Assembly: GCA_001872315.1 (NCBI GenBank)
Contig: MNVZ01000007.1
Location: 1 to 50,110 of the forward strand
DNA: 50,110 nt
From: Candidatus Pacearchaeota archaeon CG1_02_39_14
Lineage (GTDB): Archaea > Nanobdellota > Nanobdellia > Pacearchaeales > GW2011-AR1
Direction: 5' to 3'
Shown here one piece after another: positions 35,691-45,006 of the stretch. Numbering within the stretch: the stretch's first letter is position 1; each line of letters begins with the position of its first letter. The translations under genes and the position numbers were made by a program. The notes under the pieces were generated by a model. It did no database searches, was not told where the DNA came from, and saw nothing but the letters and a program-made list of their open reading frames with translations.

Positions 35691-38600
35691 TTAATATCCA
35701 GACCTTGCCGTAGTGCAGCTTCCTGTATTGCCCCAGCCATCCTGACACTTTATGTAATAGTTTATCTGCGAATTGAAATCAGTAGTGTGCACTAAATCTG
35801 ACCCAGACATCTCAAATACATTCTCTCCTTCTATCTGGAAGCCGCAGCTATTGTGGCTGTAATAGCACATAGATTCTTCATTAGTTATCACTGTCAGCCT
35901 GCTTCCCTGTGAATAAACTCTTGTAATCATAGGCCCGATATCATCAACGTCTATCTCAAACTGCACGCCCGATTCAGCTACATTACCTGTGTCGTCCTCA
36001 CATCTTATCCCTATATCATAACTTCCCTCGAACAAGCTGGTGAAAACCTGCCTGTGCATGTCTGTCCCCGATTCAAAGAATCTTGCCAAATCATTATCCC
36101 CTCCAAATCCATAAGTGCAATACCGGTTCACAGGCGCCCCGCCAGAAGTTTCAACCTCTAGAGTAACTGTAACAGGTTGAGCTCCAGTGCTTATAACTCC
36201 CTCTTCCGCTTCAGGGTTCAATCTTATTTCTTCAATTATCAATAGTTCGCTTGTCTTTATGATCTTATACTCTACACCCTCATTATTTGTGTTCCTTTCT
36301 TCCTGTCCTGGCCTGTCTTTGCATCTGAAATAATAATTGGTTTCATTTTCGGAAACAGGAAGATTTGCACTGCACTCAAATCCAAACAGAGTATAATCTT
36401 CAAAATCATTATTGCAGGAAATTTCATTTTCCATCTGCTCATAATCTTTGTCTGTCAAACTGTATCTGCATTCAGCAGGCTCATTTGTATAGAAAGACAT
36501 GTTCATATTTTCTGCTTCCAGGGAGGCATAAGCAGGGCTTTCAGGCTCAAAGTTCTGCAATATCGGAGGGGTGATATCATTCTCTGGCGAGATACAGAAT
36601 CTTATTGCAAATTCATTCTCATTCTTGTTTCCAGAACCGTCTTGGCATCTTACAAATAAGTCAAAGTCAGCTCTTCTGTCAGGATCAAATCCGAACTCTC
36701 CCAGACTTTCCAGGCTTGGAAGGGATAATGCTGTAACATGATTTTTCTTGAAAAGGCTGCTCTCTCCAAAGAAGAATTCCATTTCATCATATTCTGCTGT
36801 ATGTTCAGTATCATACTTACACTGCCCGTGCTCATCCAGACTCACCCCAAAAGTAACCTGCGTATAAGCGGGGATGCATTCATTTTCCTTATGTTCCACT
36901 TTAAAGCTTCCGCTTGTAACCTCGGTATATTCAAAATCTTCTGAAATCACTTCATAATTAGGGCTTATTTTTGGGGCAAGAGTGTCATCTGGGGCAATGT
37001 CAATACATGCCTCCTCGCCTGTTCCTTCATTCACAAATTCACATGTCTGCCCAAGACTCTGGCATTTGTATTTAGAACAAGGCAAGTCTCCTTCAGTACA
37101 TGCCTCACAGCTATCTCCCCCAAGAGGCGGCTGCCACGGCATGCATGTAAATGCAACTTTCTTGGTTCTTGTATCTCCAATTCCAAGGAATTTGAATATT
37201 AGTATGATTATGATTATAACAATAATCGTCCACAATAACCAGCCATAACTAAACAATGCAACTCCATTGAATAGGCCGGGGATTCCAGTTGAGACAAACA
37301 ATCCTGTTGCAGCCCCTAATATTGTTACAGCAAGCAAAGCATCTCCCTCTAATCCAAATAATTTGCCAAGCAAGAATCCAATTGCAGCTCCAGCCGCAGC
37401 TCCAGCCGCAGCATTCAAGAAGGAGCTAGTAAAAGTAAACCCTTGATGCCCTAAGGCACCAAAGACTTCTGTAAATGTAAGCCCAACATTAACAAAGACG
37501 TAAGTATAATAGGCTAATACTACTCCCGTAGCTCCTGCTCCAAGACCTCCAATAATATTTGCAAGCTTGCTTTCAAACTCCGGATCATTTGGATCAAGAC
37601 CGAATAATGCGGCCGTCTCTTCTTCTGTTAATGGATCAACCTTCTGTCCTTGCACTGGCTCGGTATAAGATTGTAGTTCAGAAATATAATTTTGCCTTAA
37701 TTTCGGAGATCTTTTCACACTATACCCCGAGTCTGTAAATTCTCCTGCAATATTCACATTCCCTCCGCAATCTCCCAGGCTAATGCATAAATTATTCATT
37801 GTTTCTGCAAATCCAGGTTTAAGACAATCGCAATTGACTTCGCAATCCCATCCCCCAAAGCCTTTGACCTCAACAACAGTACATGTCTGTGTAGCAGCAG
37901 AACAAATAGATTCCCCTACTTCTCCCCCGAATTCTTCTTTTAAATCAAATCCAGGAGAATGCTTCGGAGCGCACACATCAAATTTGAAATTGCTTATTCT
38001 CACAGACTTTAAAAAACAGGCACTATTTTCTTCACATCTATCCAGTTTAGTTTTATCCTGGTTTGCAGCAATACATGACTGCCAGTTATTTATCCTGCAG
38101 GCAGCGCTGGAAAACCCAATCTCTTCATCCCTGGATTCCTGACATACTTCATTTCTGAAATCCTGGCACGGATCTGTCCTTACCTCTCCATCAACACAAA
38201 CCTGTCTGTAATGTCTGCTTCCTGGCAAATCAACGCTCCTTTCCTTATTCTTTGTGTCCCCCTGCACGCCTATTGCAGAATCAAAAGCGCACCAGCTCTC
38301 TCCGTTCTTTCTCTCCGCCCCCCATTCATCTATACATGACAGGTCTCTGCAGACATATTCTCCTTCTAAGGGCTTTTCATCATCTTCCCCAGGAGTTCCG
38401 CACAAACTTCCAAGAAGATAGTCGCAATTCCCACATCCTTCCTGATTGCTTCCATCAAGAGAGCAGCTTTCGTTCTTGCTGTAAATTCTGCTCCAGTAAT
38501 CATCATTGGCCTTCTTGTTGGTATCATAAACATTAGCTCTGTTTCCGCATGAGTCAAGGAAATAAACCTCGTCCTTGCTTTCAAAACAGCTCGTCTCTTT

Positions 38601-39311
38601 TGTTCTAGTGCAGATAGTATTTAACCCAGGATTCGTGCACAGCAATCCGGAATTAAACTCTCCTCCCATAGAAATGCAGTTTGCTTCAGTAGTAAATTCA
38701 CAATCGTACAAGCCGGGTTCCACTTCCTCCAAAACGCACGCCCCATCCTGCTGCTGCTCTCCTAATAGAAGGCATTCCAGTTCATTTTCAACTTCCTGCC
38801 ACTCCCCGGAAATTCCCAGTCTGTTCTCAAGAACGCTGCATGCCTGTTCAGTAATATAATTTGCATTTCCTCCAATAAGACAGCAACCTGGATTGCATTG
38901 TGCAGGCTCCTGCTCAAACCATTGCCCTCCTGAATTTTCACAAGCAAGTTTTGGAGACTGTGCAGAACAGGTTCCTTCCAGGTTGTCATAGCATGTCCCC
39001 AGCTGACATTCACGTGTTTCGCTTCTTTTAGAAGGAATGCAATCTTCTAAGCATAAGTCGTTGCATATTTCCGACGGATACTCCTGACATATGGTTCCAT
39101 TCAGGCCCTCAAGGCACGTCCATAACCCTTCCTGCGCGCTCACTAGCCCATTAGATAAATACCCAAGTATCTTTTCTCTAAGCCAGGTAACAGTTTCATC
39201 CTCAACTGATTTTCCCGGAACAAGTGCAGAACTTTCATGAATAAAATATGAAACAGCAAAACCTGCAGCAATCATAATAAATATTTCAAACAAAGCAATA
39301 TTTTTTCTCAT
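35691..39311 (-). CDS. Giant (~1,206 aa) Cys-rich surface protein with internal Gly/Ala-rich hydrophobic domain and C-terminal Ig-like repeats
   Basis: ATG 39311 overlaps the upstream TGA. C-terminal repeats T(N/D)E...C.Y and RC.D..GN. Confidence 0.88.
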   Translation of the reverse strand: MRKNIALFEIFIMIAAGFAVSYFIHESSALVPGKSVEDETVTWLREKILGYLSNGLVSAQEGLWTCLEGLNGTICQEYPSEICNDLCLEDCIPSKRSETRECQLGTCYDNLEGTCSAQSPKLACENSGGQWFEQEPAQCNPGCCLIGGNANYITEQACSVLENRLGISGEWQEVENELECLLLGEQQQDGACVLEEVEPGLYDCEFTTEANCISMGGEFNSGLLCTNPGLNTICTRTKETSCFESKDEVYFLDSCGNRANVYDTNKKANDDYWSRIYSKNESCSLDGSNQEGCGNCDYLLGSLCGTPGEDDEKPLEGEYVCRDLSCIDEWGAERKNGESWCAFDSAIGVQGDTKNKERSVDLPGSRHYRQVCVDGEVRTDPCQDFRNEVCQESRDEEIGFSSAACRINNWQSCIAANQDKTKLDRCEENSACFLKSVRISNFKFDVCAPKHSPGFDLKEEFGGEVGESICSAATQTCTVVEVKGFGGWDCEVNCDCLKPGFAETMNNLCISLGDCGGNVNIAGEFTDSGYSVKRSPKLRQNYISELQSYTEPVQGQKVDPLTEEETAALFGLDPNDPEFESKLANIIGGLGAGATGVVLAYYTYVFVNVGLTFTEVFGALGHQGFTFTSSFLNAAAGAAAGAAIGFLLGKLFGLEGDALLAVTILGAATGLFVSTGIPGLFNGVALFSYGWLLWTIIVIIIIILIFKFLGIGDTRTKKVAFTCMPWQPPLGGDSCEACTEGDLPCSKYKCQSLGQTCEFVNEGTGEEACIDIAPDDTLAPKISPNYEVISEDFEYTEVTSGSFKVEHKENECIPAYTQVTFGVSLDEHGQCKYDTEHTAEYDEMEFFFGESSLFKKNHVTALSLPSLESLGEFGFDPDRRADFDLFVRCQDGSGNKNENEFAIRFCISPENDITPPILQNFEPESPAYASLEAENMNMSFYTNEPAECRYSLTDKDYEQMENEISCNNDFEDYTLFGFECSANLPVSENETNYYFRCKDRPGQEERNTNNEGVEYKIIKTSELLIIEEIRLNPEAEEGVISTGAQPVTVTLEVETSGGAPVNRYCTYGFGGDNDLARFFESGTDMHRQVFTSLFEGSYDIGIRCEDDTGNVAESGVQFEIDVDDIGPMITRVYSQGSRLTVITNEESMCYYSHNSCGFQIEGENVFEMSGSDLVHTTDFNSQINYYIKCQDGWGNTGSCTTARSGY

Positions 39312-40069
39312 CAGAATCCAGGCGGAATAGCACACCCCCTTATAGCTACGTTCATTTTGTCTCCGGAATCCTTGTAAATTATGGTATATATCTTTGTCGA
39401 GTCTGAAAGAGTATATTTCCTTATATCAAATTCAGGATATAAGAGCATGAATCCAAGATATTCAAAATAGCAATATTTGGCTTCCTGCCTGGCGATTTCA
39501 TTTGCCGTATAGCCTAAATCATATAGATTGCTTTTTATTGTTGAAGTGAAATATTCAAAGTTTCTGCTTTCTTCCTCTCTGGAAATCTGCATGTCCCTAT
39601 AAACAACAATCTCAACACTGCCCGGTTTTAGAGTGGCCTTAATTTCAATTTCATCTCCACCAACCTGATAATTTCTTCTTTCCAGCTCATCTTCTAATTC
39701 AAGGAAGCAGGATTCAACATCTTCCCTTATTCCGGATTCAAGCTCTTGTTTTAAAGTTGTAAGATAAACAGGATACTGGGCAATGCACGGCTCATAATAA
39801 TTCACATTTTTGCAAAGGTATGCAACATTTGAATCATCATACTTAACATAATCGCTTGGGCTCAAAAATCCTCCCTGCGGGAGCATCACATCTATTTTTT
39901 TCCTTGTGCTCTCTCTGATGCACCTGTCCATAAAAGATTCAGGATTGAATTCCTGTTCCAGGCCTATATCTATTCCCCTCTGCTGGAACACAGCGAAGAA
40001 GACTATCACCGCTCCGACCAAAAGAATTCCAACAATGACAAAAAGAGTTATCTGCCCCTTATTGTTCAT
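39311..40069 (-). CDS. Pilin-like protein with class III signal peptide
   Basis: MNNKG|QITLFVIVGILLVG; GGFLSP, YYEPC..Q.P. Confidence 0.8.
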   Translation of the reverse strand: MNNKGQITLFVIVGILLVGAVIVFFAVFQQRGIDIGLEQEFNPESFMDRCIRESTRKKIDVMLPQGGFLSPSDYVKYDDSNVAYLCKNVNYYEPCIAQYPVYLTTLKQELESGIREDVESCFLELEDELERRNYQVGGDEIEIKATLKPGSVEIVVYRDMQISREEESRNFEYFTSTIKSNLYDLGYTANEIARQEAKYCYFEYLGFMLLYPEFDIRKYTLSDSTKIYTIIYKDSGDKMNVAIRGCAIPPGF

Positions 40070-40208
40070 TTTTCTTCTCCCTCTCAATGAGTATTTTTAG
40101 AGCTTCTTCAACGAGATGAGCTTTATTTCGGTATTTGCCCTTTTTCATGATTTCATCTATGGCTTTTCTCGTCTTAGGCTCAATAGTTGCTGATACCCTC
40201 TCTTTCAT
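40059..40208 (-). CDS. Ribbon-helix-helix (CopG/MetJ-like) regulator
   Basis: Translated by hand, not in the track: MKERVSATIEPKTRKAIDEIMKKGKYRNKAHLVEEALKILIEREKKNEQ; overlaps the first pilin-like gene. Confidence 0.82.
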   Translation of the reverse strand: MKERVSATIEPKTRKAIDEIMKKGKYRNKAHLVEEALKILIEREKKNEQ

Positions 40209-40262
40209 AGTAATATAAAATATACTAAGTTTATCAAGTATTTCCTATATACTTAGTAATAT
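40208..40262. promoter_or_regulatory. Candidate operator upstream of the RHH gene
   Basis: Inverted repeat TACTAAGT 40223-30 / ACTTAGTA 40251-58; direct repeat TAGTAATAT 40208-16 and 40254-62. Confidence 0.45.
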
Positions 40263-40305
40263 CGTTTCGTATTTAAATTCTCCCAATAATCTTTCTAGAA
40301 AAAGC

Positions 40306-41037
40306 TTAATCGTCCTGCTCGACTCTTGGCGCAAGGACAAAAGAAAGCATTATATTTCCCGTTGGAAAGTTAATTCTCATAGGATGGTTGTCAGAGAAAT
40401 TTAATACTGCCTTGTCAGATATTTTGGCTCCCTTTATGAATTTTGCAAGATACTCAAGTGAAAATCTGGCAATGCTGTTTCCTGAATGGATTTCAACTTC
40501 ATCACTACTGAACTCGGCTCTGGCTGAATTAAGGCCTTTTGCTTCAATTATAAATCTATTCGGTTCAGCGATAAATGTGCAGGCATCGCTCACGACTCTG
40601 CAATCTTCAATAACATCTGTCAGTGCATCAGAATCTATTTTTATCACGCTGTCAAACTCCCATTGGGGCATTTCCTTCTCCTCGCCTTCAACATCTATTA
40701 ATGCAAGAGTAAAATCTCTCTTGACTTTGTCCTGAATCCCAAGCTTCAATATATTTTCATCTTCCTTTTCAATTGTAAGAGAGCTTCCCATCCCGCATCT
40801 CTTGAGCACGTTCTTAAGATTATCAAGATTGACTCCCAAAACTTCCTCCTTGTCTACCTCAAAGACGGAAAATCTGTCAGGAGGGAGGTTAAAATAGACC
40901 ATTGCAACACTTGCAGGGTCCACAGCCACTAGGTTAACTCCTTCTTTATTGATTTTCAGTCTGACTTCAGTAACAAGTTCAGAGATGATTCCTATGATAT
41001 TGCCCAGGAGTCTTGGGTCCTCTAATTTTAACTTCAT
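40306..41037 (-). CDS. pcn: DNA sliding clamp PCNA
   Basis: AVDPASVAMV, LGVNL, FSLEYL, F.LAPRV. Confidence 0.96.
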   Translation of the reverse strand: MKLKLEDPRLLGNIIGIISELVTEVRLKINKEGVNLVAVDPASVAMVYFNLPPDRFSVFEVDKEEVLGVNLDNLKNVLKRCGMGSSLTIEKEDENILKLGIQDKVKRDFTLALIDVEGEEKEMPQWEFDSVIKIDSDALTDVIEDCRVVSDACTFIAEPNRFIIEAKGLNSARAEFSSDEVEIHSGNSIARFSLEYLAKFIKGAKISDKAVLNFSDNHPMRINFPTGNIMLSFVLAPRVEQDD

Positions 41038-41125
41038 GTTTTACACTAAAATCGGTTATTTTTAAGGATTGTTATGCTGCATTTACAACAGCAAACCATA
41101 AATATCCATCATTTTATCAAATATT

Positions 41126-42703
41126 ATGTCAGAAAAGGAGGAAAGAATCCGTTCTATAGTCAGCATATATTACTCAAATCCTGCGGTGCAAAAAGCCCTT
41201 TTTGAATTTGCACAAAACAGGGAAGTTGTTCCCCGTTATTTTGAGGGTTTTGGAAAGAGGCCTGACACCTTCCAGTATCCAGGGGATGTGATGGCTGCTG
41301 TAAAAAAAGGGGCAACCTCATTTCATGCTTCAGAAGAAATATGGAGAGACCCTCTTCAGCTAAGTTCAGACTTTTCCCCCTCAGAACTTTCTGAACTAAG
41401 GAAAGCATGGGACATGCTTATTGATGTAGATTCTCCTTTTTTGGATTATTCGAAGATAGCCACAACACTTCTTGCAAACGCTCTTGAATCACATGGAGTC
41501 AAGAGTTACGCAATAAAATTTTCAGGAAGCAAGGGATTTCATCTGATTGTACCTTCAGAAGCATTTCCCAAAGAGTTCAGAGAGCAGGAAACAAAAGACA
41601 TGTTCCCAGAGTGGCCAAGGGCAATCTGCGAGTATCTAATGGAATTTATCAAGCCCGAATACAATAGGGCAATTTCAGATTTGGGAGTCAATTATAAGGC
41701 AATAAAAGAAAGGACAAACCTCTCAAAAGAAGATATAACAAAAATAATCTGTCCTGAATGCGGAAGCAAGGCTGAAAAGACCAATCTTGTGACTCTAAAA
41801 TGTAACCGTTGTCAAAACGTACAGCATAGGCCCTCCTTCAAGGTCACAAAAAGAAGACTAAGGTGTATAGAACTTTCCTGCCCGGGGGAATACGAATTAG
41901 AGTCCGAAGCTGAACTTTACAGGTGCAAGGCTTGCAGTTATTCATCATTTGACAAGACCTCTTTCAGCACAAGGAACATAGCAACTCATACTTCAGAAGC
42001 AAAGAAATCAAAATACTCGCAGGAATTTAAAGAAGAAGTTTCAGGAGAGGCGCTAGGTTCTCTGGATTTGGTCCTTGTCGCCCCAAGACATTTGTTTAGA
42101 ATGCCCTACTCCCTTCATGAGAAAACGGCTCTTGCAAGTGTAGTCCTGTCAAAAGAAGAGATAGCCGGATTCACCCCAAAAGATGCTAATCCTCTTAACG
42201 TAAAAATAAAATCATTTTATCCAGTCGTAAAGACGCCGGAAGCAAGAAATCTTTTATCATCAGCCTTGAACTGGAAAAAAGGCAGAGAGGAGACGCAGGA
42301 AAAGGAGATTAAGAAAAAATATGAGTCTATGGAGTTTGAGGCCATGGACCTTTCCCATATCGAAGAAAAAGATTTTCCTCTCCCTATAAAAAATCTGATG
42401 AAAGGGCTGAAAGATGGAAGAAAAAGAGGGTTGTTTGTTCTTCTGACTTTCCTAAGAAGCATAGGATATCCCCCAGATAAGATTAATGAAACTTGCAGGA
42501 CATGGAATAAAAAAAACGAGCAGCCATTAAAAGAAGGATATCTAAAAAGCCAGATAGATTGGCATCTGAAGCAAAAGCGCAGAATACTTCCTCCTAACTA
42601 TTCCAATCAGGCTTTCTATAAAGATTTACAGCTTTTTGAAACTCCACCAAAGGAAAAAAATCCTTTGTCAGAGATAATGAAAAAGGTAAAAAACCGCAGA
42701 TAA
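41126..42703 (+). CDS. priSL: Fused archaeal primase PriS-PriL(CTD) with Zn-ribbon insertion
   Basis: AEP motifs WDMLIDVD, KFSGSKGFH, HLFRMPYSLHEK; C-terminal DGRKR.LFVL..FL...WN...LPPN domain; next to PCNA. Confidence 0.85.
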   Translation: MSEKEERIRSIVSIYYSNPAVQKALFEFAQNREVVPRYFEGFGKRPDTFQYPGDVMAAVKKGATSFHASEEIWRDPLQLSSDFSPSELSELRKAWDMLIDVDSPFLDYSKIATTLLANALESHGVKSYAIKFSGSKGFHLIVPSEAFPKEFREQETKDMFPEWPRAICEYLMEFIKPEYNRAISDLGVNYKAIKERTNLSKEDITKIICPECGSKAEKTNLVTLKCNRCQNVQHRPSFKVTKRRLRCIELSCPGEYELESEAELYRCKACSYSSFDKTSFSTRNIATHTSEAKKSKYSQEFKEEVSGEALGSLDLVLVAPRHLFRMPYSLHEKTALASVVLSKEEIAGFTPKDANPLNVKIKSFYPVVKTPEARNLLSSALNWKKGREETQEKEIKKKYESMEFEAMDLSHIEEKDFPLPIKNLMKGLKDGRKRGLFVLLTFLRSIGYPPDKINETCRTWNKKNEQPLKEGYLKSQIDWHLKQKRRILPPNYSNQAFYKDLQLFETPPKEKNPLSEIMKKVKNRR

Positions 42704-42733
42704 TCTTTTAAATATACCAATCCTAATTAAAAC

Positions 42734-44527
42734 ATGAAAAAATCAGGGGTGCTTGCATTTTTGTTTATTCTGCTGTTATTGTATCCGGTAATTGCCCAGG
42801 AAGAGGAGGGAATTGACAAGGCATATCTCTGTCTTGAGAATCAGATAGCAAACAAGACTTCAGGATCCCTGTCCTTGCAGGAAGCTGTTTTCTCAACTCT
42901 CGCTCTAGGCTCTGAATCAAAGCTTACTGATAAAATTGAAGATGAAAGATCAAACCAGAATTGCTGGCCAAAAGAATCCTGCACAATAAAGGACACAGCA
43001 CAGGTGCTCATAGCATACGACAGGATAAACAAGAACACAGAATCAATACAATCATATTTACTGTCAAGAAACGGCTCTGCAACCGACCTCACATGGTATT
43101 TGCAGGTAGATATTTCAAATCATATACCCTCCGCATGTACTTTTACCTACGATGAGAGGGATTATCAGGTAAGCATCGGCGAAGACATGAAAATTTCAGG
43201 CAGTGCAGGATCCTGTCTTCAATTAAGCTCTTCAGGGTATTGGTTGCAGATATCAAGAAATTGTTTCGAAAAAACTTTCCAGGTCTCTTGCGACGAAGAT
43301 TTCATAACCTCTCTTCTTTATCAAAAATCAGGTTCGGAAACAATATATGTTTCTTCTGAAACCCATTCGGCGCCTTCTTCCGGAACGACAGAGGAGCGCG
43401 TGGACTCCCAGTGCTTCAAGTCAGGAAGTTCATGTGATTATGAGGGGACTTTATGGGCTGCATTGGCATTGCAAAAAGCAGGCGAGGAAATATCTTCGTT
43501 CCTGCCATATCTTCTTGCTCTATCAGAAGATCATAATAACTTATTTCCGAGTTCCTTTCTGTATCTTCTTACCTCCGGAGATGACCAATACTCCCAGATA
43601 ACGCAGGCACAGAAAACGGCAGGATTCTGGGAAGCTCCAAATACGAAGTACAACAAATTCTATGACACCTCACTCGGCCTTCTAGCCCTGCAGGATTCTT
43701 CCGCAGCGGAATCTGACACCGCGAAGGCATATCTGCTATCAGTTCAGACCCCAAAAGGGTGCTGGAACAATAATAATATCAGAGACACAGCATTTCTTCT
43801 CTATTCAGGATGGCCAAGAGGAGTTTCTTCAGGTGGTGGGGAAGGAGAAGGTGGAGAATTAACTTGCGCAGGGGCGGGATACTATTGTGGTTCCCAATTT
43901 GACTGCGCAGAATCTGAAGGACAGATTTTGAACGAGTTCAGCTGCCAGGGTTTCCAGTCCTGTTGTTCGGTTCCAATAATTGAGCAGACTTGCTCTGAAA
44001 AATCAGGAGTTTTATGCTCATTTAGTGAGCAATGTTCAGGAACGGAAGTTTCTTCTGTTGAAGGCACATGCTGTCTTGGTTCCTGCCGGCCTATAACTCT
44101 GGAAACTTCGGAGTGCGAGGACAATGGAGGATTCTGTTCTTCCTTCTGTGAAGATAATGAAGAACAGGCTTCATATTCCTGCGGAAATTCCGGAGGAGTG
44201 TGCTGCATACCAAGTGAAAGTTCCGGAGGGATTTCCTTAATTTGGATTGTTCTCCTTGCAATCCTTATATTGCTGGTCGTTCTGGGAATAATCTTCAGAG
44301 ACAAAATAAAGCTCTGGTGGTTCAAGATGAGAAACAGGAAGAATTCTGATAAGAGTCCTTCAGAAATGTCTGGTCCAAGGCCACCTCCAAGATTCCCTCC
44401 AGTTCAAAGAGGGCCTCCGATTCAGAGACAGCCGTTGATGAGAAGGCCGCAGCCGAGAAGGGCATCATCGAGGGCCGATAGCGATATGGAAGAGACTCTT
44501 AGAAAGCTTAAAGAAATGAGTAAATAA
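42734..44527 (+). CDS. Surface protein with alpha/alpha-toroid-like repeats, Cys-rich modules, TM and Pro/Arg-rich tail
   Basis: Signal peptide; Q...G.W repeats (QKTAGFW, YLLSVQTPKGCW); C...GG.C...CC modules. Confidence 0.8.
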   Translation: MKKSGVLAFLFILLLLYPVIAQEEEGIDKAYLCLENQIANKTSGSLSLQEAVFSTLALGSESKLTDKIEDERSNQNCWPKESCTIKDTAQVLIAYDRINKNTESIQSYLLSRNGSATDLTWYLQVDISNHIPSACTFTYDERDYQVSIGEDMKISGSAGSCLQLSSSGYWLQISRNCFEKTFQVSCDEDFITSLLYQKSGSETIYVSSETHSAPSSGTTEERVDSQCFKSGSSCDYEGTLWAALALQKAGEEISSFLPYLLALSEDHNNLFPSSFLYLLTSGDDQYSQITQAQKTAGFWEAPNTKYNKFYDTSLGLLALQDSSAAESDTAKAYLLSVQTPKGCWNNNNIRDTAFLLYSGWPRGVSSGGGEGEGGELTCAGAGYYCGSQFDCAESEGQILNEFSCQGFQSCCSVPIIEQTCSEKSGVLCSFSEQCSGTEVSSVEGTCCLGSCRPITLETSECEDNGGFCSSFCEDNEEQASYSCGNSGGVCCIPSESSGGISLIWIVLLAILILLVVLGIIFRDKIKLWWFKMRNRKNSDKSPSEMSGPRPPPRFPPVQRGPPIQRQPLMRRPQPRRASSRADSDMEETLRKLKEMSK

Positions 44528-45006
44528 TGGACTCTGGACTGGAATCTTACCTGAAAGAAAATTCAATCGGCTATAAATTATACAGGCATCCCGCAGTCCA
44601 TAAAGTACAGGAATCAAAAAGATTGAAGTCAAAGATTCCCGGATTACACTGTAAAGCACTTTTTCTTAAAGACGAGAACGGCACTTTTTATCTTGTGGGC
44701 ATGAAGGCAGATAAAAAACTTGATACAAAAATAATAAGAAGTCATTTTAAAATAAAAAAATTGCATTTTGCCAGCGAGCAGGAGCTAGAAACCGAGCTAA
44801 AAACGACTCCAGGAACTGTAAGCATTTACAATCTTGTGAATGCTAAAAACCCGGGAATAATTCTCATAATTGACAAGGAAATCCTGCGGTCAGAATCTTC
44901 AGGATTTCACCCGAACACGAATACAGAAACGATAACGCTTGACTCTAATAATATGGAAAGGTATCTCAACTCTCTAGAAATTAAGAAGGTAATTCTTGAA
45001 CTATGA
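44527..45006 (+). CDS. YbaK/ProXp-ala (PrdX)-like aminoacyl-tRNA editing domain
   Basis: HPAV, CKALFLKD, LHFAS, PGTVS, FHPNTNT.T. Confidence 0.88.
   Translation: MDSGLESYLKENSIGYKLYRHPAVHKVQESKRLKSKIPGLHCKALFLKDENGTFYLVGMKADKKLDTKIIRSHFKIKKLHFASEQELETELKTTPGTVSIYNLVNAKNPGIILIIDKEILRSESSGFHPNTNTETITLDSNNMERYLNSLEIKKVILEL

Noticed and set aside
40059-40208. Suspected frameshift in the RHH gene at the A-run near 40141
   Set aside because: A recount shows a continuous 50-codon frame.
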